Positions 19,741 through 29,156 of a stretch of DNA of 64,000 bases are shown here, piece by piece. The stretch is from an uncultured Candidatus Saccharibacteria bacterium (GTDB taxonomy: Bacteria; Patescibacteriota; Minisyncoccia; Phycocordibacterales; PALSA-1337). The position numbers were made by a program, and so were the translations under genes. The stretch covers positions 38,790-102,789 of the forward strand of contig CAZBVQ010000002.1 of the NCBI GenBank assembly GCA_964495685.1. The letters are read 5' to 3'. How positions within the stretch are numbered: the stretch's first letter is position 1; every line of letters starts with the position of its first letter. Under the pieces are notes generated by a model. That model was not told the DNA's origin. It ran no database searches and saw only the letters and a program-made list of their open reading frames with translations.

Positions 19741-20004
19741 TCAGCGAATAGAAACTGCAATTAGATTTACTACGTTGATCACGATTGAGATAATACCAAG
19801 TGTCATACTCGCCATACCTAAAATTCGGGAGCCACCCTTTCTTGCTTGAAATCCAAGCCATGTACCAATAGCAGTAGCCACCAAGCCGATCAAGATAGCT
19901 AGCAATGCGGTCAGATGGAGACTGAGCATTCCCATCCAAACCCATGGAAAGAAAAATAATACTATAATTATTAAACCGATAACACCTTTGAATGATGGGC
20001 TCAT
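19741..20004 (-). CDS. small two-TM membrane protein (DUF4190-like)
   Basis: 87 aa, strongly hydrophobic, with a repeated G..A.ILG pattern. Confidence 0.4.
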   Translation of the reverse strand: MSPSFKGVIGLIIIVLFFFPWVWMGMLSLHLTALLAILIGLVATAIGTWLGFQARKGGSRILGMASMTLGIISIVINVVNLIAVSIR

Positions 20005-20041
20005 GTTTTTAGCTTATTTATTAGTAAGAACATATTATCAC

Positions 20042-20114
20042 AGAAAACTTAGTAGCCCTACGGGGAATCGAACCCCGCTTCCTGCCTTGAGAAGGCAGTG
20101 TCCTAGCCGATAGA
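20042..20114 (-). tRNA. tRNA-Glu (anticodon CUC)
   Basis: Cloverleaf folded by hand. Acceptor GGCCCUA / UAGGGCU. D stem GUCU / GGAC. Anticodon stem CUGCC / GGCAG with loop UUCUCAA. T arm CGGGG-UUCGAUU-CCCCG. Confidence 0.75.
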
Positions 20115-20148
20115 CGATAGGGCCGTGAAAAACAAAGTAACACGATTT

Positions 20149-21489
20149 TTACTTTTTCTCAAGCCACTCACGTTCTTGGCGTGCCACGAGACGAGAGGCG
20201 TCCGCAGGGTTGTCCATGAGTGACGTCACGATGCGCTCCATACGGATAGATTGCGATCCTTTGACCAGAATGACATCACCAGATGAGATCAGTAGCTTGA
20301 TATAGTCAGCAGCTTCGACTGAAGTATCGAATGATGTGACCTTCTCAGCAGCCAAACCTGCTTTGATCGCCTCATCAGCAGTCGCACGAGAACGTTGACC
20401 AACCGTAATGAGGAGGTCTGCCACACCGATGACTTCCCTACCAATCTTGCGATGTTCCTCAGCGGCATACTGACCGAGCTCGAGCATATCACCGAGTGCG
20501 GCGATCTTCCTGCCCGAAGTTTGGATAGATGCGAGTGTACGGAGCGCCGAAATGACCGCATCAGGCGATGAATTATATGTGTCATCAATGATAGTTGCTC
20601 CATTCAGACCAGCAATGATCCTCATACGACTCTTGGGTGCTTCGTAGTGATGCAAGCCTTGAATGATATCGGCTGTCGACACATTCTTGGCCAGACCGAC
20701 TGCTGCAGCAGCGAGAAGTGGGTACAGGTAGGAGTGACCGATGATGCCAGGAATGGAAACGGTGGAACTAGTGCCATTCATATTCAAGGTGAAAGAGAGG
20801 CCTGAGGGCGTATTATCTGTATAAGTAACAACTCCTGCCGAACCACGGACCATCGACTGCTCAGATGTACCAAACGAGATTACCTTCACATTCTTGCCCG
20901 CGACTCGCTCTGCGAGTGTCATGACTTTGGGATTATCAGCAAACAAGACCAGTGTACCCCCTGGTTTGACCGCAGTCGCCAGTGCAGCTTTCTCTTCGAA
21001 CACATGTTCTGGTGATTCGAAAAATTCCACGTGGACTGGCGTGCTACTGACTTGCGTTATCACTGAAATGTCAGGATGCAGCCACTGCGCTACACGACGA
21101 ATATCACCCGGATGATCAGCGCCCATTTCGAGCACCAGACAATCAGGATATTCTTTCTTGACTAGAATGAGTTTGAGGCCTTCGAACATGTTGCGCATCC
21201 ATGCTCGAGCATCGCGCCAGGCATTGGGTACGCCGATGACGGTCAGAGGCAGGCCGATCTCACTATTGAAACTCTTGTCACTCTTGCGAACGTAGCACAA
21301 CTCGCCACCATCGATCCCGCAGAGGTTGCCGTGACTCAGTACGTCATAGATAGCATCCTTGGTAGATGTCTTGCCGACACTGCCAGTTACCGCCACGATG
21401 AAGGGCTTGTATTTGGCCAGAATGAGGCGTGATTCGAGAATCAGCACGGCGACTACGGCTTTCTTAAGGAAATTCATAGGTGGAGACAT
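20149..21489 (-). CDS. murF: Mur ligase family protein, MurF-like, lacking the usual N-terminal domain
   Basis: VTGSVGKTSTKD P-loop about 30 aa from the start. Central and C-terminal Mur-ligase domains are present. Position is downstream of ftsI in the dcw cluster. Start ambiguous (21489, 21477, or TTG 21576). Confidence 0.65.
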   Translation of the reverse strand: MSPPMNFLKKAVVAVLILESRLILAKYKPFIVAVTGSVGKTSTKDAIYDVLSHGNLCGIDGGELCYVRKSDKSFNSEIGLPLTVIGVPNAWRDARAWMRNMFEGLKLILVKKEYPDCLVLEMGADHPGDIRRVAQWLHPDISVITQVSSTPVHVEFFESPEHVFEEKAALATAVKPGGTLVLFADNPKVMTLAERVAGKNVKVISFGTSEQSMVRGSAGVVTYTDNTPSGLSFTLNMNGTSSTVSIPGIIGHSYLYPLLAAAAVGLAKNVSTADIIQGLHHYEAPKSRMRIIAGLNGATIIDDTYNSSPDAVISALRTLASIQTSGRKIAALGDMLELGQYAAEEHRKIGREVIGVADLLITVGQRSRATADEAIKAGLAAEKVTSFDTSVEAADYIKLLISSGDVILVKGSQSIRMERIVTSLMDNPADASRLVARQEREWLEKK

Positions 21490-21572
21490 TATAGGCCAAA
21501 TTCGTAGATATATAAAGTAAAAACAGCGGAACCGATTGATTCCGCTGTTGCGAGACTGTTGTGTGTAGTGAC

Positions 21573-22415
21573 TCAATCCCGTGTCAGATCATAGAGCACG
21601 TGAAAGTCCTGGATGAGAGGCTGATCGAAGCCAAGTTCCACTGGCGCGCTCCTGATCGTGAATCCGGATGATCCGAAGCGCTTCACCCAATTTTCCTTCG
21701 TCTCAAATGTACCAGGGACCGACACATCCGCATCGTACGGAACACGGTTGTAGAACCAATCATTGAGCAGCGTGAGTGCGAAATCAACTTCGGTATCATG
21801 AGCGGGTACCGTTTCGATGACCACCAGATGACCACCTGGCTTGATGATACGGTGGAGTTGGGCCAGGATGATTTCGTTATTGACCTCATGGTGCAAGACA
21901 TTGGTCATCAAGCCACCACTGAAGAAGTGATCCTGATAACAGACGCCTTGATCGTCCGAGATGGCGAACGGGAACCGTGCACCTTCGAACAGATACTGCC
22001 GCGCGTCACAGCCGTACATATCGAGACCGAGTCGGGTACAGAGCATCTGGGTCACTTCACCTCGACCACACCCAAAATCAATTCCCCGCCCCTTCATATT
22101 CGATAGATAGGAAGAGACTTGATTGAAGATAATTTGCGCGCGACTGGCCAACCCCTCGGTAAAGGCTTCCGGGAATTTCATATTGCCCATCTTTTGCCAG
22201 GACAGATAATTCCTTGCCGTCGTCTCAGTCATCTCCACGTTCTTCATCTGCTGAACGCGACGGACCATCTCCGCAGCAAGCGCGAGAGCTTTGCGATGAC
22301 TCATCCCCAGTGATGTGAATGCGATGACGAGGTCACCCTTGAACCGATTAGCGACTCCAGGCACCTTGATGGCCGCCTTCAACTTCCTCTGCATTTGTTC
22401 GATGTGTGGGCGCAT
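21573..22415 (-). CDS. class I SAM-dependent methyltransferase
   Basis: IDFGCGRGEVTQ (motif I) and LVVIETV. It lies between ftsI and murF. Start set at MRPHIEQ. Confidence 0.65.
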   Translation of the reverse strand: MRPHIEQMQRKLKAAIKVPGVANRFKGDLVIAFTSLGMSHRKALALAAEMVRRVQQMKNVEMTETTARNYLSWQKMGNMKFPEAFTEGLASRAQIIFNQVSSYLSNMKGRGIDFGCGRGEVTQMLCTRLGLDMYGCDARQYLFEGARFPFAISDDQGVCYQDHFFSGGLMTNVLHHEVNNEIILAQLHRIIKPGGHLVVIETVPAHDTEVDFALTLLNDWFYNRVPYDADVSVPGTFETKENWVKRFGSSGFTIRSAPVELGFDQPLIQDFHVLYDLTRD

Positions 22416-22521
22416 AGCCCCTCCATTTCTTTGTTGGTTAAAACCTTTTGTCTCAAGCACACAAACATGCCAAAGAACTCACTACATATGAGTAACACAA
22501 AATACTATATTCGTCAATATA

Positions 22522-24240
22522 CTATCTATCCGGCGGCACGTTGTAGTAGTCGATCAGGAACTTGCTGAGCTCACCGAACGGCTCTGCCAACGTCTCAGAC
22601 GCATACTGAGCTCCTTTGGGATACTTCTGATAGAGGAAGACGATGAAGCGCGGATTATAAGCCGGGAAATAGCCGAAGAATGAGTGCAAATAGCGATCTG
22701 GATAGTATGTCTTGGTCGCCGGATCCGCCACCTGAGCAGTACCCGTCTTGGCAGCGATACTATAGTGTTCCATTTTGAGTGCACCTTTACGGAGTGCTTC
22801 ATCCACAACTTTGACCAACATACGCGTCACCGTGTCAGCTGTCTCCACCTTCATGACTTGAGGACCATCAGTCGGAGTGATGAGCTTCTTGGTACCGTCG
22901 ACGTAGTCAATTTCTTTGACCAGATGCGGCTGTACCAGTCGACCACTATTGGCAAGAACCGCCAGACCACGTGTCATGGCCACCGGTGAGAGTGCAATAC
23001 CTTGACCATATGCCATGGTCGCAATTTCGATATCACGCCCTGTCTTCAAGTTGGGCGTCAGACCCGCAGTCTCATTGGGCTGATCGACGCCCGTCTTCGA
23101 GCCGAAACCGAAGGCTGTGAAGTATCGTACGAAATCGCTCTTCCCTACTTCTAGGGCCACCGTGGCTGCTCCCACATTCAAGGACTGACTAAGAATTTCC
23201 TGCACCGGTGTCACTGGCCCGCGTGCCTTACCATCGAAGTTCGCAATCGTCTTGCCAGAAAGTGTCATCGTGCCCGTGTCGTCATATGTCGATGTCGGCT
23301 TGATGGCACCCGTATCGAGACCTGTCGCCACCGTGAGCGGCTTCATGATCGATCCCATTTCATATGCATGCTCGACAAGTGGATTCGACAGGACACTGAC
23401 ATCTTTGAGTTTGGAAATGTCATTGGGGTCGAAGGCGGGTACCGAAGCCATAGCGAAGATTTCACCCGTCTTGGGGTCCATGATGATTCCACCAATCTCA
23501 TCCGATTTCCACTGTGTATGTATTTTGACTAGAATTTTCTCGAGATATCCCTGCACCGTCGGCTCGATGGTCGTGACAATATCGCCAGCCGTATCTTCTT
23601 CATCTCCACCGACGACTGAGTCATGAATGTTGGTGAACAATTGCGCGAACACATTGGCGGAGACACCGACATGAGTACGATTGAGTATGTTCTCATACGA
23701 ACGTTCGAGTCCGTAACGACCTTGGACAGCACCATCACTTTCACCGACAATACCGAGTGTGTGTGCGGCCAATCCAGCGCCCGGATACGAACGGACCATG
23801 TCCTTGCTCACGGACACCCCTTTGAGTGACAACCCCTGGATCGATTGCGCAACGGTCGCATCAATTTTCTTGGCCAATTCCTCATACGGATCAGTTGCAT
23901 CCGCCGTCTTTTTCAAGAACTGATCATGATCGATAGGTAGATACTGCGTGATTGCTTGATACGTCCCTTCTGGGTCAGTAATACTTTTGGGACTTATAGA
24001 CAGCGAATAGGTAGCCGTCAATGTTGCCGCTGAAGGATGCGTACCATCCTTGGCCGTGAAGGCAATTGAGCCACGATCGAATGTACTGGCAGATGGCTTC
24101 ACATACTGTTTCTGGGCTTTGCTGGCATATTCCTGACCGTGAATGATCTGGATGTTATAGAGCACCGCGACAATACCAAGGGCGGCACACACGATGCCGC
24201 CGAGAATGATCCGTGCACGTAGTCGTTGATTAGAGTTCAT
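22522..24240 (-). CDS. ftsI: penicillin-binding protein / FtsI-type transpeptidase
   Basis: N-terminal TM segment. SIMKP (SxxK), SQSLN (SxN) and KTGTA (KTG) motifs are present. Confidence 0.85.
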   Translation of the reverse strand: MNSNQRLRARIILGGIVCAALGIVAVLYNIQIIHGQEYASKAQKQYVKPSASTFDRGSIAFTAKDGTHPSAATLTATYSLSISPKSITDPEGTYQAITQYLPIDHDQFLKKTADATDPYEELAKKIDATVAQSIQGLSLKGVSVSKDMVRSYPGAGLAAHTLGIVGESDGAVQGRYGLERSYENILNRTHVGVSANVFAQLFTNIHDSVVGGDEEDTAGDIVTTIEPTVQGYLEKILVKIHTQWKSDEIGGIIMDPKTGEIFAMASVPAFDPNDISKLKDVSVLSNPLVEHAYEMGSIMKPLTVATGLDTGAIKPTSTYDDTGTMTLSGKTIANFDGKARGPVTPVQEILSQSLNVGAATVALEVGKSDFVRYFTAFGFGSKTGVDQPNETAGLTPNLKTGRDIEIATMAYGQGIALSPVAMTRGLAVLANSGRLVQPHLVKEIDYVDGTKKLITPTDGPQVMKVETADTVTRMLVKVVDEALRKGALKMEHYSIAAKTGTAQVADPATKTYYPDRYLHSFFGYFPAYNPRFIVFLYQKYPKGAQYASETLAEPFGELSKFLIDYYNVPPDR

Positions 24241-24565
24241 GACCCGAAAGAGCAATACGTCCAAGTGATGTGGTGCGGGAGATGAACGTGCTCACCGGTG
24301 CCTGATCGAGACCATGGGTTTTGATGGAATCAGGAGTGATACTGTGTGACAAAGCGATGTATTGAGTATCCAATGTATTGATGGCGGCATCGATAGTGGC
24401 AGTTTGCGTACCGACCTGTTGCAGTGCAATAGTGTGTGAAATAACACGATAGAGATTGAATGCGTAGACCAGTACCATCATGGCACAGACGGCCAGAAGA
24501 GCCAGATTAATCTGGCGACGATATCCGTGTATGGTTGTGTATGTGTGTACTATTACTTTGGTCAT
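24230..24565 (-). CDS. FtsL-like small single-TM cell-division protein (putative)
   Basis: Position between rsmH and ftsI, with one TM helix (INLALLAVCAMMVLVYAF). Confidence 0.4.
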   Translation of the reverse strand: MTKVIVHTYTTIHGYRRQINLALLAVCAMMVLVYAFNLYRVISHTIALQQVGTQTATIDAAINTLDTQYIALSHSITPDSIKTHGLDQAPVSTFISRTTSLGRIALSGHEL

Positions 24566-24573
24566 ATGCGTTG

Positions 24574-25485
24574 TTATAAAAAAGGTTTCTCTATAATGCG
24601 AAGCTTGGCACTCCGTGAACGAGGATTCTCAGCAATTTCTTGATCGCAGGCCGTAATGGGCTTCTTGGTGATAATCTGTGCCCCATTCACCGCTAATTCT
24701 TTGTAAAAATCTTTGACGATACGGTCTTCGAGACTATGGAATGAGATGATGGCCATGCGTCCACCGCGATTGAGGGCTGCGTATCCTTTTGCCAGACCTT
24801 CCTTGAGTGCATTCAGTTCATCGTTGACTGCAATACGTAGTGCCTGGAATGTCTTGGTAGCTGGATGAAGTTTGGCTCGACGATAGAACGGCGGAACTGA
24901 TGATTTGATGATTTCAGCCAGCTCAAGTGTCGTTTCAATATGCTTCTTGGTTCGATAATTCACGATGGCTCGTGCGATCTTGCGCGCAAATCGTTCTTCA
25001 CCATAGCCGAAAATGATATTGGCAATGACTTCTTCGTCCCATTCATTGACGATGGTAGTCGCCGTGAATGGATAACTTGCCGGATCACCCATAGTCATGA
25101 GCAAGGGCTCATCTTTCTGGAACGTGAAGCCACGTCCTGAGGTGTCGAGTTCGTCAGATGAGATACCGAGATCCATGAGTACCATATCGACGCCGGGGAT
25201 GGCGTGATTGGTGAGGACTGCATCGAGTTTACGGTAGTCGACATTCTCGAGAATGAGCTTGGTGGCGAGACCAGCTAGCATCTTGCCCGCTCGATCGATA
25301 GCATGTAGATCGCGATCGAGACCGATGATGGTCAGATTGCCGCCACATGCCTTGGCGATAGCCAGTGCATGACCGGCGCCACCGAGTGTGCAGTCGAGAT
25401 ATATCGACGACTCATTTGTGACTCTTCCCGGGACAAGGTCCCGGACTATTTCATGTAAAAGTACTGGTACGTGTACAGTTTCCAT
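24574..25485 (-). CDS. rsmH: 16S rRNA (cytosine1402-N4)-methyltransferase RsmH (MraW)
   Basis: VPVLLHEIV, LDCTLGGAGHA and GVDMVLMDLGISS motifs. Confidence 0.9.
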   Translation of the reverse strand: METVHVPVLLHEIVRDLVPGRVTNESSIYLDCTLGGAGHALAIAKACGGNLTIIGLDRDLHAIDRAGKMLAGLATKLILENVDYRKLDAVLTNHAIPGVDMVLMDLGISSDELDTSGRGFTFQKDEPLLMTMGDPASYPFTATTIVNEWDEEVIANIIFGYGEERFARKIARAIVNYRTKKHIETTLELAEIIKSSVPPFYRRAKLHPATKTFQALRIAVNDELNALKEGLAKGYAALNRGGRMAIISFHSLEDRIVKDFYKELAVNGAQIITKKPITACDQEIAENPRSRSAKLRIIEKPFL

Positions 25486-25488
25486 ATG

Positions 25489-25929
25489 CTAGACCGCGCT
25501 TTCGCGACCAAGTTTGTCAGCCAAAGCATCAGCTTTGAGCTCGACTTCATGGACATACCTGTCCCACGCTTCTTCGTTCCACAGCTCGACTCGATCTTTG
25601 ACGCCGACGAAGGCAACCTTCGATACAAGCTGTGCTCGTTCGCGCAAATACTCGGGGATGAGCATGCGACCGACAGCGTCTACCTCGACCTCAACCGCTC
25701 GACCCAGAAGATAGCGGTTGAAGCCGCGGTTATCCGATGAGAGCATCGAAGATTCAGACACCGACAAACGTCCAGAAACTTTTTCCCATTCGCTCACCGT
25801 GAAGATGAACAAACAAGAATCGAGACCAGGCGTAACTACCACCGTCTTCCCCATTTCCTTGCGGAACTTGGACGGAAGAGACAAGCGGTTTTTGTCGTCG
25901 ATAGTGTGTCTATATTCCCCGATTAACAT
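25489..25929 (-). CDS. mraZ: transcriptional regulator MraZ
   Basis: Duplicated DDKNRLSLP / DRVELW MraZ halves at the head of the dcw cluster. Confidence 0.88.
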   Translation of the reverse strand: MLIGEYRHTIDDKNRLSLPSKFRKEMGKTVVVTPGLDSCLFIFTVSEWEKVSGRLSVSESSMLSSDNRGFNRYLLGRAVEVEVDAVGRMLIPEYLRERAQLVSKVAFVGVKDRVELWNEEAWDRYVHEVELKADALADKLGRESAV

Positions 25930-26038
25930 TGGATTGTGGAGATGTCGTAGATAGGAGCTGTTACCTATTTACCACTTCTTCCCACTTGATGGATATTATA
26001 TCCCACTTTACCCAAAAAAGCATGCAAAATAAGGTGTG

Positions 26039-26165
26039 GATAAGTAGAGGCATATCCCCACACGACATAATTCCTTCCTGACAAGCCGAAAATGTAGCCA
26101 GCGATCAGCGCTTTGAGGCTTGGAAGGAAGGAATTATGTCGTGTGGGGATATGCCTCGATAAGTA
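26039..26165. mobile_element. MITE-like element: 32-bp perfect terminal inverted repeats (GAGGCATATCCCCACACGACATAATTCCTTCC) around a 47-bp core, flanked by 8-bp direct repeats GATAAGTA
   Basis: Arm 1 at 26047-26078, arm 2 at 26126-26157. GATAAGTA at 26039-26046 and 26158-26165 is a TSD-like pair. Confidence 0.45.
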
Positions 26166-26166
26166 T

Positions 26167-26204
26167 CCAGGCCCGGCCTAGAAATATTTCTAGGCCGGGC
26201 CTGG
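26167..26204. repeat. 38-bp perfect palindrome CCAGGCCCGGCCTAGAAATATTTCTAGGCCGGGCCTGG (two inverted repeat units) plus a degenerate tail CTAGGGCCTGG at 26221-26231
   Basis: Read directly. Same family as 10714-10753. Confidence 0.9.
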
Positions 26205-26234
26205 AATCAGAACTTGGAATCTAGGGCCTGGAAC

Positions 26235-27704
26235 CTACCCCACATACCCCGCTCCACGTTCATACAACGTAAGCTGTGTCTGTTTCAAATTGTTGAGAAT
26301 AGACATGATGTACTTCCATGAAGCCATGATTTCATCAGTCGAAGCGAACAATGTCTGATCACCAACGAAGGCGTCATGAATGAGTCGCTCGTAGTCATTG
26401 GGAATCATGTCGAACGAGGCCGCATCACTGTACTTGAATTTGAGCGTCTTGGACTCCGTGGTGAAATCGTAACCTGGTTTCTTGACGAAGAAGCGAACGC
26501 GGATACCCTCATCCGGCTGTATACGGAAGGTCAGAATATTCTGCTGATTGCCGTTGACGCCATCCTTCTGACTTTCTCGTCCGCCATGACCTCGGCGAAG
26601 GTGGATACTTTTTGATTTGGGACTTTCTTTGAAATAAATGTCTACTTCGGCCTTCGTGTCGGCGAGCCCCTTGCCACTTTCGAGATAAAAAGGCACCCCC
26701 TTCCATCGCGGTGAGGCAATATGTGCCTGAATACGGAAATAGGTCTCTGTTTGTGAACTCGGCGAGATGCCTATCTCTTGCATATAACCCATGTACTGAC
26801 CTCGAACGACATGCGTGCCGATAGACCGTGCCGTCATCAGCTTCAATTTCGCCAATACCTTGGCACGTTCCTGACGAATATCACTAGCCTTGAATGAACG
26901 GGGTGGCTCCATCGCGATGATAGCGAGCATCATCAGCATATGATTCTGACCCACGTCCTTGAGTGCACCGATCGGATCGTAGAATGCACCACGTCCTTCC
27001 ATACCATTCTTCTCGAACAGCTTGATGTGGACCTTGTCGATGAATTCCCTGTTCCACAATGGCTCGAACATGGAATTGGCGAAACGAAATGCCGTGATGT
27101 TCTGTAATACCTCCTTCGCCAAATAATGATCGATGCGGAAGATCTGCTCTTCCTTGAAAAGCGCACCGAGTAATTTGTCCAAATGACGGGCCGTCTCACT
27201 ATCACTGCCGAAAGGCTTCTCGATCAGAATACGAGTCCACCCCGTACCATCGTCGCATGATTGGGCCAATCCTGAATGCGCAATATTACTCAAAATTTTC
27301 TCGTACAGGGTCGGCGGAACTGAGAGATGGTACAGCTTGTTGGAGCATTGACCCCATCGATCATCGATGCCTTTCATCTTGGTCGCCAGACGCGCATAGG
27401 CACCCGTGTCATCGAACATGCCTTGTTCGTAGACCATATGATCCAAGAAATGTTTGATGTCCTCCTCTTTGTATTGACCCGGTTTCACATTCATGCGACC
27501 ACGAATGTACTCACGAAATTCTTCACGACTGAAAACGCGCCGCGAAAAACCGATAATAGCAAATCGTTGTGGTAACAGCTGCTTTGCGTAGAGATTGAGC
27601 AGTGCAGGAATGAGTTTGCGCGCAGCCAAATCACCGGTGATACCGAATATCACGAAAATAGTCGGATGAAGTGCCGTTATTGATGAAGTACGAGTCTGTA
27701 TCAT
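26235..27704 (-). CDS. zwf: glucose-6-phosphate 1-dehydrogenase
   Basis: GITGDLAARKLIPAL NADP-binding motif, RIDHYLAKE, and a G6PD-like C-terminal domain. Confidence 0.9.
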   Translation of the reverse strand: MIQTRTSSITALHPTIFVIFGITGDLAARKLIPALLNLYAKQLLPQRFAIIGFSRRVFSREEFREYIRGRMNVKPGQYKEEDIKHFLDHMVYEQGMFDDTGAYARLATKMKGIDDRWGQCSNKLYHLSVPPTLYEKILSNIAHSGLAQSCDDGTGWTRILIEKPFGSDSETARHLDKLLGALFKEEQIFRIDHYLAKEVLQNITAFRFANSMFEPLWNREFIDKVHIKLFEKNGMEGRGAFYDPIGALKDVGQNHMLMMLAIIAMEPPRSFKASDIRQERAKVLAKLKLMTARSIGTHVVRGQYMGYMQEIGISPSSQTETYFRIQAHIASPRWKGVPFYLESGKGLADTKAEVDIYFKESPKSKSIHLRRGHGGRESQKDGVNGNQQNILTFRIQPDEGIRVRFFVKKPGYDFTTESKTLKFKYSDAASFDMIPNDYERLIHDAFVGDQTLFASTDEIMASWKYIMSILNNLKQTQLTLYERGAGYVG

Positions 27705-27728
27705 GGCAGCAATGTACCATGAATTGAA

Positions 27729-27932
27729 CTAAAAATCTTCTCCCCACTTCTGCCATTTGGGGTATAGCTCACCGGCAATGAATACACACGGCAAAATAAT
27801 GATACCTGAGATAGCCCACAGGAAAAAATGAAGAGCGACCGGTATGATTGCCCACGCGGCTGAGGCCATTTCTTTCCAGACCTCCCAGAGTGTTGAAAAC
27901 ACCATTTTGATAGCTTCTCCGAATGATTCCAT
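27729..27932 (-). CDS. small hydrophobic hypothetical protein upstream of zwf
   Basis: 67 aa with one clear TM segment. No family recognised. Confidence 0.3.
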   Translation of the reverse strand: MESFGEAIKMVFSTLWEVWKEMASAAWAIIPVALHFFLWAISGIIILPCVFIAGELYPKWQKWGEDF

Positions 27933-28016
27933 ATGAGCGTCGCCCGTGCCTCTCGACTACGGCGTATGGAAACATATCCTAGCGCGGAGTTATCGCTTCT
28001 GCAATAGTCACATTTG

Positions 28017-28087
28017 TCGGGGCGCCGAGAATCGAACTCGGACCTCACGCACCCGAAGCGTGTATACTACCACTATACTACGCCCCG
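28017..28087 (-). tRNA. tRNA-Pro (anticodon CGG)
   Basis: Acceptor CGGGGCG / CGCCCCG. Anticodon arm CACGC-UUCGGGU-GCGUG. T arm CCGAG-UUCGAUU-CUCGG. Unusual D arm GUAUA-GUGGUAG-UAUAC. Confidence 0.7.
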
Positions 28088-28090
28088 ATG

Positions 28091-28163
28091 TGGACCATAG
28101 CGGACTCGAACCGCTCACCTCACCCATGCCATGGGTGCGCTCTACCAGATGAGCTAATGGCCC
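28091..28163 (-). tRNA. tRNA-Ala (anticodon GGC)
   Basis: G3:U70 pair present. Anticodon arm CACCC-AUGGCAU-GGGUG. D arm GCUC / GAGC. T arm AGCGG-UUCGAGU-CCGCU. Confidence 0.75.
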
Positions 28164-28316
28164 TTCGTTGTAACAAGGCCAATCTAACACATATTTGAGT
28201 AATTTTCAAAAATAACGTAAACTTCGAAACGTACTCCTTGTAGATTCATGAGATGTGATACTCGGCACCACGTGGGCTTCGCCCGCCGAAGCTCCGAGCT
28301 TTGTGAGGAGCGAAGG

Positions 28317-28387
28317 CGGGCTGTAGTATAGTGGTAGTATACATCCATGGGGTGGATGCGGTCCGGGTTCGATTCCCGGCAGCCCGA
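28317..28387 (+). tRNA. tRNA-Pro (anticodon GGG)
   Basis: Acceptor CGGGCUG / CAGCCCG. Same unusual D arm as tRNA-Pro(CGG). Anticodon arm CAUCC-AUGGGGU-GGAUG. T arm CCGGG-UUCGAUU-CCCGG. Confidence 0.7.
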
Positions 28388-28403
28388 CAATAATACGCCC
28401 GAG

Positions 28404-28477
28404 GCACCCTTAGCTCAGTTGGCTAGAGCGCACCCTTCACACGGGTGAGGTCATAGGTTCGAGCCCTATAGGGTGCA
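28404..28477 (+). tRNA. tRNA-Val (anticodon CAC)
   Basis: Acceptor GCACCCU / AGGGUGC. D arm GCUC-AGUUGGCUA-GAGC. Anticodon arm CACCC-UUCACAC-GGGUG. T arm AUAGG-UUCGAGC-CCUAU. Confidence 0.8.
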
Positions 28478-28561
28478 CAGATATTAGACAACCACAAACC
28501 AATTCAAGACAGTATTATGGTATACTATCTTCACGGTTCGTTTATCAACTAATCAACTCCC

Positions 28562-28786
28562 ATGAAGACAACACACGTTATCGCCTTCATTCTGACGATC
28601 ATCGGTGGCCTCAATTGGCTCCTCGTTGCATTCAACTGGAACCTTGTCGATGCCATCTTCGGCGTCGGAAGTACTGGTTCGATGATCGTCTACATTCTTG
28701 TTGGTCTGTCAGCCATCTGGCTCATCATCGATCACAAGAAGAGCTGTAGCTGCTGCGTCAAAGACAGCACTCCGTCTCAGATGTAG
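28562..28786 (+). CDS. DUF378-family small membrane protein
   Basis: IIGGLNWLLVAFNWNLVDAIFG...IVYILVGLSAIW fits the DUF378 pattern. Confidence 0.6.
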   Translation: MKTTHVIAFILTIIGGLNWLLVAFNWNLVDAIFGVGSTGSMIVYILVGLSAIWLIIDHKKSCSCCVKDSTPSQM

Positions 28787-28804
28787 TCACTGCTACATAT
28801 GTAC

Positions 28805-28831
28805 AAAAAACCACCTTGCGGTGGTTTTTTG
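28805..28831 (+). terminator. Rho-independent terminator (AAAAAACCACC-TTGC-GGTGGTTTTTT)
   Basis: Perfect stem with flanking A and T runs after the DUF378 gene. Confidence 0.65.
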
Positions 28832-29006
28832 TTTGCTATTTCTGGTCACATCCGCAATCGCAGGTCTTGCCTGAGTGAGGATGATTGCATGACGAGCATA
28901 CAGGTGCATCTGCCATATGTGTAATAAAACATGAGGGCTGATAAAGCGACCTTTGGCATATTATTATACCGCGCTACACATAGAAGTGGAAGTGGGCCTA
29001 ACATCA

Positions 29007-29036
29007 AATAAAATAAGCCCTGATGGGCTTATTTTC
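29007..29036 (-). terminator. hairpin AAATAAGCCC-TGAT-GGGCTTATTT just downstream of tRNA-Ala(UGC)
   Basis: Perfect 10-bp stem flanked by A and T runs. It could act in either direction. Confidence 0.55.
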
Positions 29037-29041
29037 ATGTG

Positions 29042-29114
29042 TGGACCCGAGAGGAATCGAACCTCCGACCTTTGCTTTGCAAAAGCACTGCTCTACCAAC
29101 TGAGCTACGGGCCC
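29042..29114 (-). tRNA. tRNA-Ala (anticodon UGC)
   Basis: Acceptor GGGCCCG / CGGGUCC with G3:U70. Anticodon loop UUUGCAA. T arm GGAGG-UUCGAUU-CCUCU. Confidence 0.8.
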
Positions 29115-29156
29115 ATTACAGGGACCGAAAGACTATACCGTATTTCATGCCATTTT

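Noticed and set aside
20149-21576. Full-length track ORF as MurF, including a 30-33 aa N-terminal extension from a TTG start overlapping the upstream stop
   Set aside because: The extension (MSHYTQQSRNSGINRFRCFYF...) has no MurF character. An internal ATG is preferred. The 4-nt overlap start cannot be excluded.
27701-28048. 115-aa ORF overlapping the zwf start and the tRNA-Pro/tRNA-Ala genes
   Set aside because: It covers two well-folded tRNA genes on the same strand. The 67-aa hydrophobic ORF (27729-27932) is the only plausible small gene there.
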